Source: Alphaproteobacteria bacterium (GTDB taxonomy: Bacteria; Pseudomonadota; Alphaproteobacteria; JAEUKQ01). From it: a DNA stretch of 64,000 nt. Positions 40,470 through 49,387 of the stretch are shown here, in pieces. Each line of letters begins with the position of its first letter. The stretch's first letter is position 1. The DNA lies in contig JAEUKQ010000001.1 in assembly GCA_016794225.1 (NCBI GenBank), positions 2,062 to 66,061 of the forward strand, in the 5' to 3' direction. The notes below the pieces were generated by a model. It was given only the letters and a program-made list of their open reading frames with translations, did not search any database and was not told the origin of the DNA. The position numbers and the translations under genes were made by a program.

Positions 40470-41486
40470 TTAAAGAATCTTTGATTGTTGTCTATGCCGG
40501 GCTTGGTAATAACGCCATACAAAAACCGGTATTGCGAGAACTGGATGCCGATAACACCACGCCGGAATGCTAATTTTTTGTCCCGTATGACGTTGCATTT
40601 TCCAAACAGCATAAGCGACAGCATCTTGAAAAGTAAAAAGGGCTTTGATAAGGCGCATGAAATTTAAAAATTTTCCTGCCATCCGCCGCCCTAACCATGT
40701 TAAGCCTGCATTGTACCGTTTAATTATCAACGAAAAATAATTGATATTGCGGATAAAAGTTACCTCGGAGTTAGTGTTGGTATCAGTGATATTAAAGTGA
40801 GCTGGTTTATTACCTAATATTGCCAGGGCAGTTTGCTGGTAGTAGCGTTCCGATCTGCGATATAGTTCGACAATCCGCGCTGTTTTCTCAACACGAATTT
40901 CTGCCTTATAGGTTTCTTGGAAAGCCCTAACCCAAATATCATGGGCGGTAAACTGGCTACCCAAAAGGGGAAATGTCTGACTGAGCATCGTTGTAACAGC
41001 CTGTGATAATATTTGGACAATTGAATACCGATCACGTTCATGATGCACAAAAACCAGCCGTACAGGCTGTGAGAACCTTGCCCAAATTGCTGGCTGTAAG
41101 CTGCTGCCTGAAGAGCCCTTGCGGAATTGATCAATACTTATAAGCGCATATTTCGCCTGCCGAACCTTTTCTTTATCATTGGTCTGTACATAATATACAT
41201 TTGGTGGCAATAGCCAATTCAAAACGCTTTTTAAAATTGATTGATTATCCTGCTGATAGCTGGGTACGATAACATAAAAATCAAAAAGCTGATCATCTTT
41301 TACCAGCATTTGTTGTTCAAAATTCCACAAACAAGACCCATAAAATAAAATTGCGATTGCGGCAGGGTGTCGACGGCGCAACATATCGACAAAGGCATTG
41401 ACAGTTTCAGAGTATGGTTTGGCAATTTCATCTTGTATTAGTTGATGTAAAGATGGATGCGTTGCCAACATGACGACCTCTAACAA
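40470..41486 (-). CDS. Tam41/Mmp37-family protein (homolog of mitochondrial CTP:phosphatidate cytidylyltransferase)
   Basis: Conserved blocks match my recollection of Tam41. 'LFYGSCLWNFEQ' corresponds to 'FGYGSGVFEQ'. 'LFDFYVIV' corresponds to 'IDIILGV'. 'PPNVYYVQTN' corresponds to 'GAGVYFNPF'. 'AKYALISIDQF' corresponds to 'VKYGVVSMETL'. 'W.ARFSQPVRLV' corresponds to 'W..YLAGRLQKPVKIL'. The family call is inference and needs HMM confirmation. Confidence 0.55.
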   Translation of the reverse strand: MLEVVMLATHPSLHQLIQDEIAKPYSETVNAFVDMLRRRHPAAIAILFYGSCLWNFEQQMLVKDDQLFDFYVIVPSYQQDNQSILKSVLNWLLPPNVYYVQTNDKEKVRQAKYALISIDQFRKGSSGSSLQPAIWARFSQPVRLVFVHHERDRYSIVQILSQAVTTMLSQTFPLLGSQFTAHDIWVRAFQETYKAEIRVEKTARIVELYRRSERYYQQTALAILGNKPAHFNITDTNTNSEVTFIRNINYFSLIIKRYNAGLTWLGRRMAGKFLNFMRLIKALFTFQDAVAYAVWKMQRHTGQKISIPAWCYRHPVLAIPVFVWRYYQARHRQQSKIL

Positions 41487-42478
41487 ACAATAAAATTAAA
41501 TTTTGGTGTTGTCGCGAATCGCAGTGGTTGATCCATTGAATCTGGCATGTCCTCTCCATCCAAAAAAGCGGTGCTATTAAAATTAATTCCTAAATTGCTA
41601 GCCGTTCCACTACAATAACCATGATCGATCATCCAGGATGAAGGTCGCCCTAATAGCAGCAAAGGTATAGCTTTAAAAAACTGATACGGTGGGTAACTAA
41701 CGGATAAATAACGAATTGCTGATTGCTCTTGCCCCCAAAATACCTTTAAACCCAAAGGTAGCTTATTTAAGGTTGTCGCCAGAAATAATAAATAATCCTG
41801 CTCTTTAATCATGTGCTGATCAAGTTGAATCACCCCTCGGTAGCCTTGATATAAACCAAAATTATCTACCTTGATATTGTTTTTGCGGCCAAATTGATTT
41901 TTAAAAGCACCATAGACGCTTTTTACAAGTGGCAAAAGTATCGATAAAATACCACGCATTTTCTGCGCACGCAGTTGTTGCCGGCTTAAATCTGTTGCCC
42001 GAGCAAATGCACCTGTTCCAAAAAAGAATCCTATTTGGGGTTTTGGAAAAGAAGGATGCTCAATAACCATCGCCGGTTTTGATAAAATTGTTGTGTACTC
42101 TAATCCAAATTGCATCATTTCGTCTAAAAGACGAACCAATGATATTCTCATACCAAGCTCATGGGCAATAAGATTCGTCGTACCGCCCCGGATAAGACCA
42201 AATATAGGAAATTTAATGTCTAAGCGGTACTGCCAAAGCAGGGTTAAAATACGATGGATTGTTCCATCGCCGCCATTGATAAACAAAAAATCTGGCATGT
42301 TATGCACCAGTTTCTTTAAAAGATCCTCTAATTCCTGAAGATTAGCGGGAACATAATGTTGTACATTAGGATAACAGCGCATGGCCCGCTTTATACCATC
42401 CAGCAGGCGTGATGAATGATTGAGCCAGCTTCTAGGGTTGCTGATAACAGCAACCGCGGGGGTTATTGGGAAAGCCAA
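41480..42478 (-). CDS. DAGK_cat-family lipid kinase (sphingosine/ceramide/diacylglycerol kinase-like)
   Basis: 'FINGGDGTIHRIL' is the GGDG motif of the DAGK catalytic domain. Overlaps the Tam41-like gene by 7 nt. Confidence 0.7.
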   Translation of the reverse strand: MAFPITPAVAVISNPRSWLNHSSRLLDGIKRAMRCYPNVQHYVPANLQELEDLLKKLVHNMPDFLFINGGDGTIHRILTLLWQYRLDIKFPIFGLIRGGTTNLIAHELGMRISLVRLLDEMMQFGLEYTTILSKPAMVIEHPSFPKPQIGFFFGTGAFARATDLSRQQLRAQKMRGILSILLPLVKSVYGAFKNQFGRKNNIKVDNFGLYQGYRGVIQLDQHMIKEQDYLLFLATTLNKLPLGLKVFWGQEQSAIRYLSVSYPPYQFFKAIPLLLLGRPSSWMIDHGYCSGTASNLGINFNSTAFLDGEDMPDSMDQPLRFATTPKFNFIVC

Positions 42479-43665
42479 GATACCAACTTACCATTCTTTC
42501 TTTTGTATTGAATGGCCTGCAAAAGCTGTACAATATGAAAAAGAAGAGACACAACCGTCCAAATACCTACAACAGCCAATCCCCACCCAGGAAATCCCAA
42601 TATAATAGCAATCGTAAGAATCACAAGGTTTGGATTTCGTCTGGCGGTTATAAGGCGGAATAAGGTATCAATACGCCGCCATACATGAATATGCATACCA
42701 TGAACCCGCGAAAAATAACCTTCAATAAGCCTTTGAATAATATAGCCAATTAAGATAATACCCAACAAATAATTAGGATTGAACATATTAAATTCATAAG
42801 CGCTTGTCTGAAGAACACCATACCACCATGCCCACCACCAGAATGGCGGATGAACAAGATCGGTTCCATGATCGAGGACGTTTCCAAGTGTTGACGACGT
42901 TAAGGTAACGCGAGCCAATTTGCCATCAACCGTATCAAGTAATGTCATAACCCAAGCAGCAACCAATCCCCAAGCAAAATAACTTTTATAAAACAACCAC
43001 GTTGCTACAAGCATTATAATAAAACCTATGATTGTAACCATATTGGGGCTTAGCCTTAGAAAGGCAGCTAACCTTGTTAAAGGTAAAGCGATAGGCGGCC
43101 AAACATACTTGGTAATAATATCCGTGACCCCCTTGTAAGAACCATCAAACATAACTTTTTCAATATCACGTTGGTTTGTACTACTAATATCGAAAACATA
43201 GGGTTTGTACCTCTTGCGTAGTTTTGCATGATAGTTGCTTGCCAAATCCCCTGCCTCGCAGACAGATATTCCTAGTTTTTTTGCAGAGAAAATAAGATTC
43301 TCTGGGCTACCCCCCCAAAGCGCAGTAATGTTGTTTACAGAAATTTTTTGAAATAATCCGGCAATAACTCGTCCTTCAGTTTTGTGATTAACTAAAACTG
43401 TATCTGGCTTAGCAGAAAGGTTACGTACCGTTACCTCATCCACAATATAAGAACCATGGACTACGAAAATTTTGCTTGGCACAACAGGCAAATTACCAAG
43501 CACTTGGGGTAATTCGTGCGGAGTTGCAACCTGAAAAACATAATGATAGCCAAGAGTTTTCTTAAAAATTCTTTGCCATCGGTCTGATGGGGTCTGTTGC
43601 CAGACCTTAATAGCACTATGGCCAATAATAACGGCTACAGCGGTATTAGGTTGAGATAAGTTCAT
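42463..43665 (-). CDS. CDP-alcohol phosphatidyltransferase with an N-terminal soluble domain of about 180 aa
   Basis: Perfect signature D-x2-DG-x2-AR-x8-G-x3-D-x3-D in 'LLDTVDGKLARVTLTSSTLGNVLDHGTDLVHP'. Multi-TM C-terminal half. Overlaps the kinase gene by 16 nt. Confidence 0.8.
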   Translation of the reverse strand: MNLSQPNTAVAVIIGHSAIKVWQQTPSDRWQRIFKKTLGYHYVFQVATPHELPQVLGNLPVVPSKIFVVHGSYIVDEVTVRNLSAKPDTVLVNHKTEGRVIAGLFQKISVNNITALWGGSPENLIFSAKKLGISVCEAGDLASNYHAKLRKRYKPYVFDISSTNQRDIEKVMFDGSYKGVTDIITKYVWPPIALPLTRLAAFLRLSPNMVTIIGFIIMLVATWLFYKSYFAWGLVAAWVMTLLDTVDGKLARVTLTSSTLGNVLDHGTDLVHPPFWWWAWWYGVLQTSAYEFNMFNPNYLLGIILIGYIIQRLIEGYFSRVHGMHIHVWRRIDTLFRLITARRNPNLVILTIAIILGFPGWGLAVVGIWTVVSLLFHIVQLLQAIQYKRKNGKLVSWLSQ

Positions 43666-43783
43666 CGATCAAAGCTTGTCTAACATTGGTTAAAGTTATA
43701 TTTTTTACCCGCGTAAAGTAAATCATATACTTCTGTTTGACAATCAAATAATATTTTTAAAACTTCATTGACCGAGAACCACA

Positions 43784-44707
43784 ATGACATTCCGTTTAGC
43801 CCATTTATCAGATGTACATTTACCTTTTCAACTAACAAATCCTTGGTTATTACTTAACAAAAGGCTTATTGGTTTTTTGTCTTGGCGTTTTAAACGCCGT
43901 CATATTCATCTTTCTCAGGTATTAGACGCTCTTGCAATTGATCTAAAATCAATTAAGCCAGACCATACAGTAATTACGGGCGATATCGTTAACATTTCCC
44001 TACCAACAGAATATCGACAAGCCGCTTTGTGGCTTAAAGAATTAAGTGACACAGAGCATCTCAGTATTGTACCAGGAAACCATGATGCTTACGTCAATGT
44101 GCGCCCAGACCGTGGTTTAGGATTATGGCAGCCTTACATGAACAATGAACCAGGCGACACCTTGGTAAATATTATGGATTTTCCCTATGTCCGCTACCGC
44201 GGCCCTATAGCCATTATTGGGCTATCTACTGCCTGTCCTGTTCCATTATTTAGTGCTGCTGGTTACTTGGGTGATAAACAAATTCAGAAATTAGACCACA
44301 TATTAACTACCCTTAATAAGCGCGATCACTGTCGGATTATCCTGATGCACCACCCACCATTTGCCAGTGATCGACACCGCCGCAAGCAATTGCGCGATAT
44401 AAACCCTTTCACTAACGTCATTAGTAAACATGGCGTTGAATTAATTTTACACGGACATTTGCACATACCCTCGCTACGAAGCATTGAGGGACCAGACGGG
44501 GTTGTTGCAGTTATAGGGGTATCTTCCGCATCGGCCAGTCATCACAACCATAAAAGCCCGTCAAGGTATCATGTTTATTCTATTGCTAAACAACCATCTG
44601 GTTGGTTAATTACAACTGAAATCAGAGAGCTAGATCATACCCCATCATTTCATTACAAAAAAGCTGGTCTTTTCGACTTAACAATTCCTTTTTCTCGTGA
44701 TACATAG
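43784..44707 (+). CDS. calcineurin-like metallophosphoesterase
   Basis: Motifs 'LSDVHL' (D-x-H), 'GDIVN' and 'GNHD'. Confidence 0.75.
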   Translation: MTFRLAHLSDVHLPFQLTNPWLLLNKRLIGFLSWRFKRRHIHLSQVLDALAIDLKSIKPDHTVITGDIVNISLPTEYRQAALWLKELSDTEHLSIVPGNHDAYVNVRPDRGLGLWQPYMNNEPGDTLVNIMDFPYVRYRGPIAIIGLSTACPVPLFSAAGYLGDKQIQKLDHILTTLNKRDHCRIILMHHPPFASDRHRRKQLRDINPFTNVISKHGVELILHGHLHIPSLRSIEGPDGVVAVIGVSSASASHHNHKSPSRYHVYSIAKQPSGWLITTEIRELDHTPSFHYKKAGLFDLTIPFSRDT

Positions 44708-44743
44708 ATTGAACTCTTGATGATAAATCGTTAATATATTCTT

Positions 44744-45178
44744 ATGCCCAATTCAACATTACAAAAATTTGCTTTCCCTTCTCTTCAGATTGCCCAGAAT
44801 GATCACTGGATTGTGTTGTTACGACGTCCACAAATAACACTTGGCAGCCTAGTTATTGTTACCCGGCATGAGGAAACGGCTTTATCTGAAATTCGCAAGA
44901 CTGCTTTCCAAGATTTAAGCCCAATTATCCAAAGTATTGAGAAAACCCTTAAAAAACTTTGGCAATATGATAAGATAAACTATTTAATGCTGATGATGGT
45001 TGATCCGCATGTTCACTGGCATGTAATTCCCAGATACCAGAATAATCGCCAATGGAAAAACCAATCTTTTGTCGACTTAAATTGGCCTAAAGCTCCAGAC
45101 CTTGCCAAAGCTATTCATCTCTCCAGTGAAATCGAGGCAGAATTATTAGCAACTCTTAAGAATAACTGGGATCACTAA
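44744..45178 (+). CDS. HIT-family nucleotide hydrolase/transferase
   Basis: Histidine triad 'HVHWHVIPR'. Confidence 0.7.
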   Translation: MPNSTLQKFAFPSLQIAQNDHWIVLLRRPQITLGSLVIVTRHEETALSEIRKTAFQDLSPIIQSIEKTLKKLWQYDKINYLMLMMVDPHVHWHVIPRYQNNRQWKNQSFVDLNWPKAPDLAKAIHLSSEIEAELLATLKNNWDH

Positions 45179-45180
45179 TC

Positions 45181-46440
45181 TTGGCATCGGATAATATTTC
45201 ATCCACATCCCATATTAATAATTCTTTTTCTTCTGGATCTTCTTTAATACTGACAACCTTAATACTGCGTTATTTGTGTTGGCCTTTGCTGGCTTGTCTT
45301 GGTGTTGCACTTGTGACCTTGTTGCTTGAGCGATTATTGCGCCTTGTCGATATGGTACTAACCAAGGCAGGTCCCTTGCATATTGTAGTTCAGATGTTGG
45401 GTAATTTGATACCCCATTATTTGGGTATAGCTATTCCAATTGCTTTTTTTATTGCTATTATTTTTACGGTAATCAAATTAAGCCAATCAAGCGAATGGGA
45501 TGCAGCACAATCCCTTGGTTTTGGATTAGTCAAGCTTTTAAAACCACTGCTTGTTGTTGCGGCAGGACTAACGCTGCTAACCTTTTTTATAACAGGCTAT
45601 CTGCAACCCCATACACGTTATGCCTATCGTGCCCTAGTTCACCTTATTAACGAAACAGCCTGGAACGCAACCCTAGAACGCGGCAGTTTTTTCTTTGGGC
45701 TACCTAATACGGTTATTAGTATTGATGGTACCCGGAAAGTTTATGATGATTTAGGCGTTGGACAAGAAATTACTGGAATTTTTATTCAGCAAACGCCTCC
45801 AAACGGCAATGAAATAACCATTGCGGCCGAAAAAGCACAAATAATCCGCGCGAACAGTGATGACCAGTTGGTAATTATTTTAGAAAATGGGTTAAGACTT
45901 GAAAAACGCCAAAACGGTCAATCAAGCATAGCTAGTTTTCAAGAATTCAGATTACCTATCGATTTTTCCGCCCTAGACAAGCAATTTCGTGATCGCGGCG
46001 TTGAGGGGGGCGAGCGTGAGCTAACTTTTGTTGAGCTTATCAAATTGTCTAAAAATCCCCCTGCTCTTCTATCAGAAGATAAAATATTGGCTGAAATTCA
46101 TGGGCAACTCGTGCGTAATTTAAGCATTCTTGCCCTTCCATTCTGGGCCATAGCGCTTGGGATCGTCCCACGGCGGCGTCAGGCCGGTTTGGGGATTGCT
46201 GCGGGGTTGATTGTCATTGTCACCTATCACCAAATGATACAACTGGGACACAGCCTAGTAGGTAATGGCGAGATATCACCCGTAATCGCCCTTTGGCTAC
46301 CCTTTATATGTTTCAGTGCGATTGGCTATTTTTTATTTCATCTAACCGCAACAAGGCCAGGGTTTAATGCGGTTGAATGGTTATCGGCGCACACACCATT
46401 TCTTAACCGGTACAAAAGTTTTAACAGGGGCAAGTCATGA
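45181..46440 (+). CDS. lptF: LPS export ABC permease LptF
   Basis: LptF/LptG-family architecture. N-terminal 'ILRYL' TM block. Overlaps lptG by 4 nt. Confidence 0.75.
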   Translation: MASDNISSTSHINNSFSSGSSLILTTLILRYLCWPLLACLGVALVTLLLERLLRLVDMVLTKAGPLHIVVQMLGNLIPHYLGIAIPIAFFIAIIFTVIKLSQSSEWDAAQSLGFGLVKLLKPLLVVAAGLTLLTFFITGYLQPHTRYAYRALVHLINETAWNATLERGSFFFGLPNTVISIDGTRKVYDDLGVGQEITGIFIQQTPPNGNEITIAAEKAQIIRANSDDQLVIILENGLRLEKRQNGQSSIASFQEFRLPIDFSALDKQFRDRGVEGGERELTFVELIKLSKNPPALLSEDKILAEIHGQLVRNLSILALPFWAIALGIVPRRRQAGLGIAAGLIVIVTYHQMIQLGHSLVGNGEISPVIALWLPFICFSAIGYFLFHLTATRPGFNAVEWLSAHTPFLNRYKSFNRGKS

Positions 46441-47549
46441 CCCTAAAAACACTAGGACGACACCTGTTTCATCAACATCTGAAATATATCGTTATCACAC
46501 TGTTGTTTCTATCAGGTTTATTACTGATATTGGATCTGCTAAACAATATCGACGACATTCTGTCAACCAAAAATAATATTGTCTGGGCAACCATTGAATA
46601 TGCTTTATTACGCTTGCCAAGTATTATGCTTCTGATGATGCCTTTTGCCATCTTGCTGGCTAGCTTGCTTTTTTTATCACGTTTGTCACAAACGCAAGAA
46701 ATTCTTGCTATAAAAGCTATTGGGGTACCCTTTTACCGTTTTTTGTTTTGTTTATTGCCGGCCGGTCTGTCAATGTGTCTTCTGTTTTTTACAACCAGCG
46801 AGTGGCTGATTCCATATACAATGGTTAAGCTACAAAATTGGGAACAGCAATCAACCGGAACAGACCCTAAAAAACAACCAGACCCTATATCTAAAACAGC
46901 ACACAGTCTATGGTTAAAAGAAGATAACGATTTTATTGCAATAGATTCCGTTAGATATGACGGAAAAATTCTTGATGGTGTGCGCATTTTTATCCGCGAT
47001 CCAAACAATATCATTACACAGCAAATAACCGCCCAAAAGGCTGAATGGCTAAATAATGATTGGACTTTACAGCAAGGACAGGTTGTTCACATATCCCAAA
47101 CTAATTTGGGTAGCTTTTCACTATCCGTCGAAAATTTTGTCGATCGTTTATGGAAGACATCCCTAAGGCCAGATTATATTGTTCAATCATCATTAGGGGC
47201 TGAGTATTTAAGCTTATTGGAATTATCTGATTTTAGTAAACCGGATTTCGTTGGTGCAAACTCAAAATATTATTATGAAAGTTGGTTTTACCGACGCATT
47301 TTTGCGCCGTTATCATGTTTAATTATGATTTTACTGGCAAGTCCCAATGCCCAATTAATCCCGCGCAGGACAACCTTAAGTCATAATATATTAATTAGCA
47401 TAGGTCTTGGGTTTTTATATTTTGTACTTGATGGTATTTTGCTAACTTTTGGACAAACCGGAATTTTACAGCCCTTGTTAGCCGCCATTGCCCCTTTGCT
47501 CATCTTTACTGCTGTCGGTTTTTGGGGTTTAATAAGAAGCGATGAATAA
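46437..47549 (+). CDS. lptG: LPS export ABC permease LptG
   Basis: Paralogous permease with a periplasmic beta-jellyroll insert. Coupled to lptF. Confidence 0.8.
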   Translation: MTLKTLGRHLFHQHLKYIVITLLFLSGLLLILDLLNNIDDILSTKNNIVWATIEYALLRLPSIMLLMMPFAILLASLLFLSRLSQTQEILAIKAIGVPFYRFLFCLLPAGLSMCLLFFTTSEWLIPYTMVKLQNWEQQSTGTDPKKQPDPISKTAHSLWLKEDNDFIAIDSVRYDGKILDGVRIFIRDPNNIITQQITAQKAEWLNNDWTLQQGQVVHISQTNLGSFSLSVENFVDRLWKTSLRPDYIVQSSLGAEYLSLLELSDFSKPDFVGANSKYYYESWFYRRIFAPLSCLIMILLASPNAQLIPRRTTLSHNILISIGLGFLYFVLDGILLTFGQTGILQPLLAAIAPLLIFTAVGFWGLIRSDE

Positions 47550-47572
47550 TCAAAACAGGTTGGTGATGAAAT

Positions 47573-47974
47573 ATGATACCCCACAATCAAAATTATAATG
47601 AGTGGCTTGGGCATCAAATTACAAGATGGGATCCGGGTTCTGTTGAACTTACCTTATCTATAAGGCCCGATCACTTAAATACCCTTGGTATTCTACATGG
47701 CGGTGTTTTATGTTCTCTATTGGATATTGCAGGTGGTTTAGCTGGGCTTTTCCATGATCATCATCAGCAGGCAAAGACAGAACGGCGTCGAGCGGTTACC
47801 ATTTCGTTGACAACCCATTTTATTCATCAATCCCCTTCCCAAGGAATTTTAAAAATTACTGGTCAGCAATTAGGGGGAGGACGCAGGGTTTATTTTAGCA
47901 CAGCACAAATTCTATCCGAAGAAAACAAGCTTTTGGCTAAAGGCGATGGCACTTACCGCTATCTTGATAGTTAG
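47573..47974 (+). CDS. PaaI/YbgC-like hotdog-fold thioesterase
   Basis: 133 aa. 'LNTLGILHGGVLCSLLD' is typical of PaaI-type thioesterases. Confidence 0.7.
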   Translation: MIPHNQNYNEWLGHQITRWDPGSVELTLSIRPDHLNTLGILHGGVLCSLLDIAGGLAGLFHDHHQQAKTERRRAVTISLTTHFIHQSPSQGILKITGQQLGGGRRVYFSTAQILSEENKLLAKGDGTYRYLDS

Positions 47975-47980
47975 AAGCCA

Positions 47981-48004
47981 CCGTTTTTCTTCTATAAAAA
48001 ACGG
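47981..48004. terminator. candidate bidirectional intrinsic terminator (CCGTTTTT-loop-AAAAACGG)
   Basis: 8-bp perfect stem flanked by T/A runs in both orientations. It lies between convergent genes. Confidence 0.35.
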
Positions 48005-48012
48005 CAAAAAGC

Positions 48013-49155
48013 TTAAGATGATGAAACCGTTTCTGACATCTCTGTTACTGGTGCTGGATTTGCAAAATCAAGCAATTGCTGGCACAAATGCCTTAGGGCT
48101 GAACGATTGGATTGGATAACATGCTCGGCCAGCAATTTTAATTCCCGAATATTTTCGGGGCTGGCATCATCAAGGTCTTCATTATTATCTAACCTGGCCT
48201 GAAACCGGTAATACTGACGACGTCCATTAGTTTGCGGTTGCAATAAAATGCCCAGCTGATGATCAACCATGTCACTGCTACCATCGCACATCAGGGTAAA
48301 CACCTGCTGCCCCCAATGCGCAGCGCCCCAGTCTTTCGCTTTATCATAGGGTAATCTGCGTGTAAGCTCGCCGGTTCCCAATGATAGCATCAAAAAACTT
48401 TCGTTTTCTGGGTAACGTTGTTTCGCCTCTATATAAGCACACATAGCAGGATTATTGGCAAAAACTCCACCATCGATAAGAGCGTAATAATCACCAGGGC
48501 CATCAACCTGCAACAAAGCTGGTTCAAAATATGTTGGTGCAGCGGTAGCGGCGCGAATAACGTGCTTGGCCGCAAAATCATATTGGGTATTTTGCCGGGC
48601 TAGACTGCTTTTGAAGAACAAGGGCAATCGACGTTCAATTTCATAAGAAGCAATCATGACATCTGTTAACATATCACTAATTTTCGCGGGTCCAAAATAT
48701 TCTTCCAAAACACTTTCAAGGCCCGCCGCCGAATATTTACCTTCGGCAAGATTGCCAACTGCCCGGATTTTTTTCCAAATTGTTCGGGAAAAAACCCTTT
48801 TTCCATCTGCCTCATAAAACTGGATAATATCCTTGGCTTGATATCTATTCTTTTTTTCGGCATTTGGCAAACAAAGACCCATAGCAACAATAGCACCCGT
48901 TGATGTACCAGCGATCAGGTCAAAAAGCTGTGAAATAGGCTTGCCCGTACGTTGCTCAATTTCGGCTAATATTAAAGCTGGAATAATACCACGAATGCCG
49001 CCACCATCGATTGATAATATTCGAACAGGCCTTCTTTCAGTTGGGGCTTGTAAAGTGCTTGCATTTGATGATCCGGCCATTAACGGCCAGGTTGTCGAAC
49101 GCGACATGGTCTCCGAATCCCGAAATGTTTTGTGAAGCAACGCATCTATTGACAT
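48013..49155 (-). CDS. patatin-like phospholipase
   Basis: Oxyanion 'DGGGIRG'. Nucleophile 'GTSTGA'. Downstream 'DGG' aspartate motif. Confidence 0.8.
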   Translation of the reverse strand: MSIDALLHKTFRDSETMSRSTTWPLMAGSSNASTLQAPTERRPVRILSIDGGGIRGIIPALILAEIEQRTGKPISQLFDLIAGTSTGAIVAMGLCLPNAEKKNRYQAKDIIQFYEADGKRVFSRTIWKKIRAVGNLAEGKYSAAGLESVLEEYFGPAKISDMLTDVMIASYEIERRLPLFFKSSLARQNTQYDFAAKHVIRAATAAPTYFEPALLQVDGPGDYYALIDGGVFANNPAMCAYIEAKQRYPENESFLMLSLGTGELTRRLPYDKAKDWGAAHWGQQVFTLMCDGSSDMVDHQLGILLQPQTNGRRQYYRFQARLDNNEDLDDASPENIRELKLLAEHVIQSNRSALRHLCQQLLDFANPAPVTEMSETVSSS

Positions 49156-49387
49156 AAATTTTTAAGCTCGTATTCAGTTTTTTTAATCAATTTTTTAAAA
49201 CAGTTTTTTCTTTAATCATTTTAATCGTCCGACATATTACTATATTTAATGGAAATAATAAACTATTCTTTTTAAATAAGATACCATACACGTTCAAATA
49301 TATGCCTTGTGAACAGCTTTTAAGCTGTTATTGAGCATAAGTGAGATTGCTAAGAAATATAAAAACATCCTACAAGGGTTTAACGCA

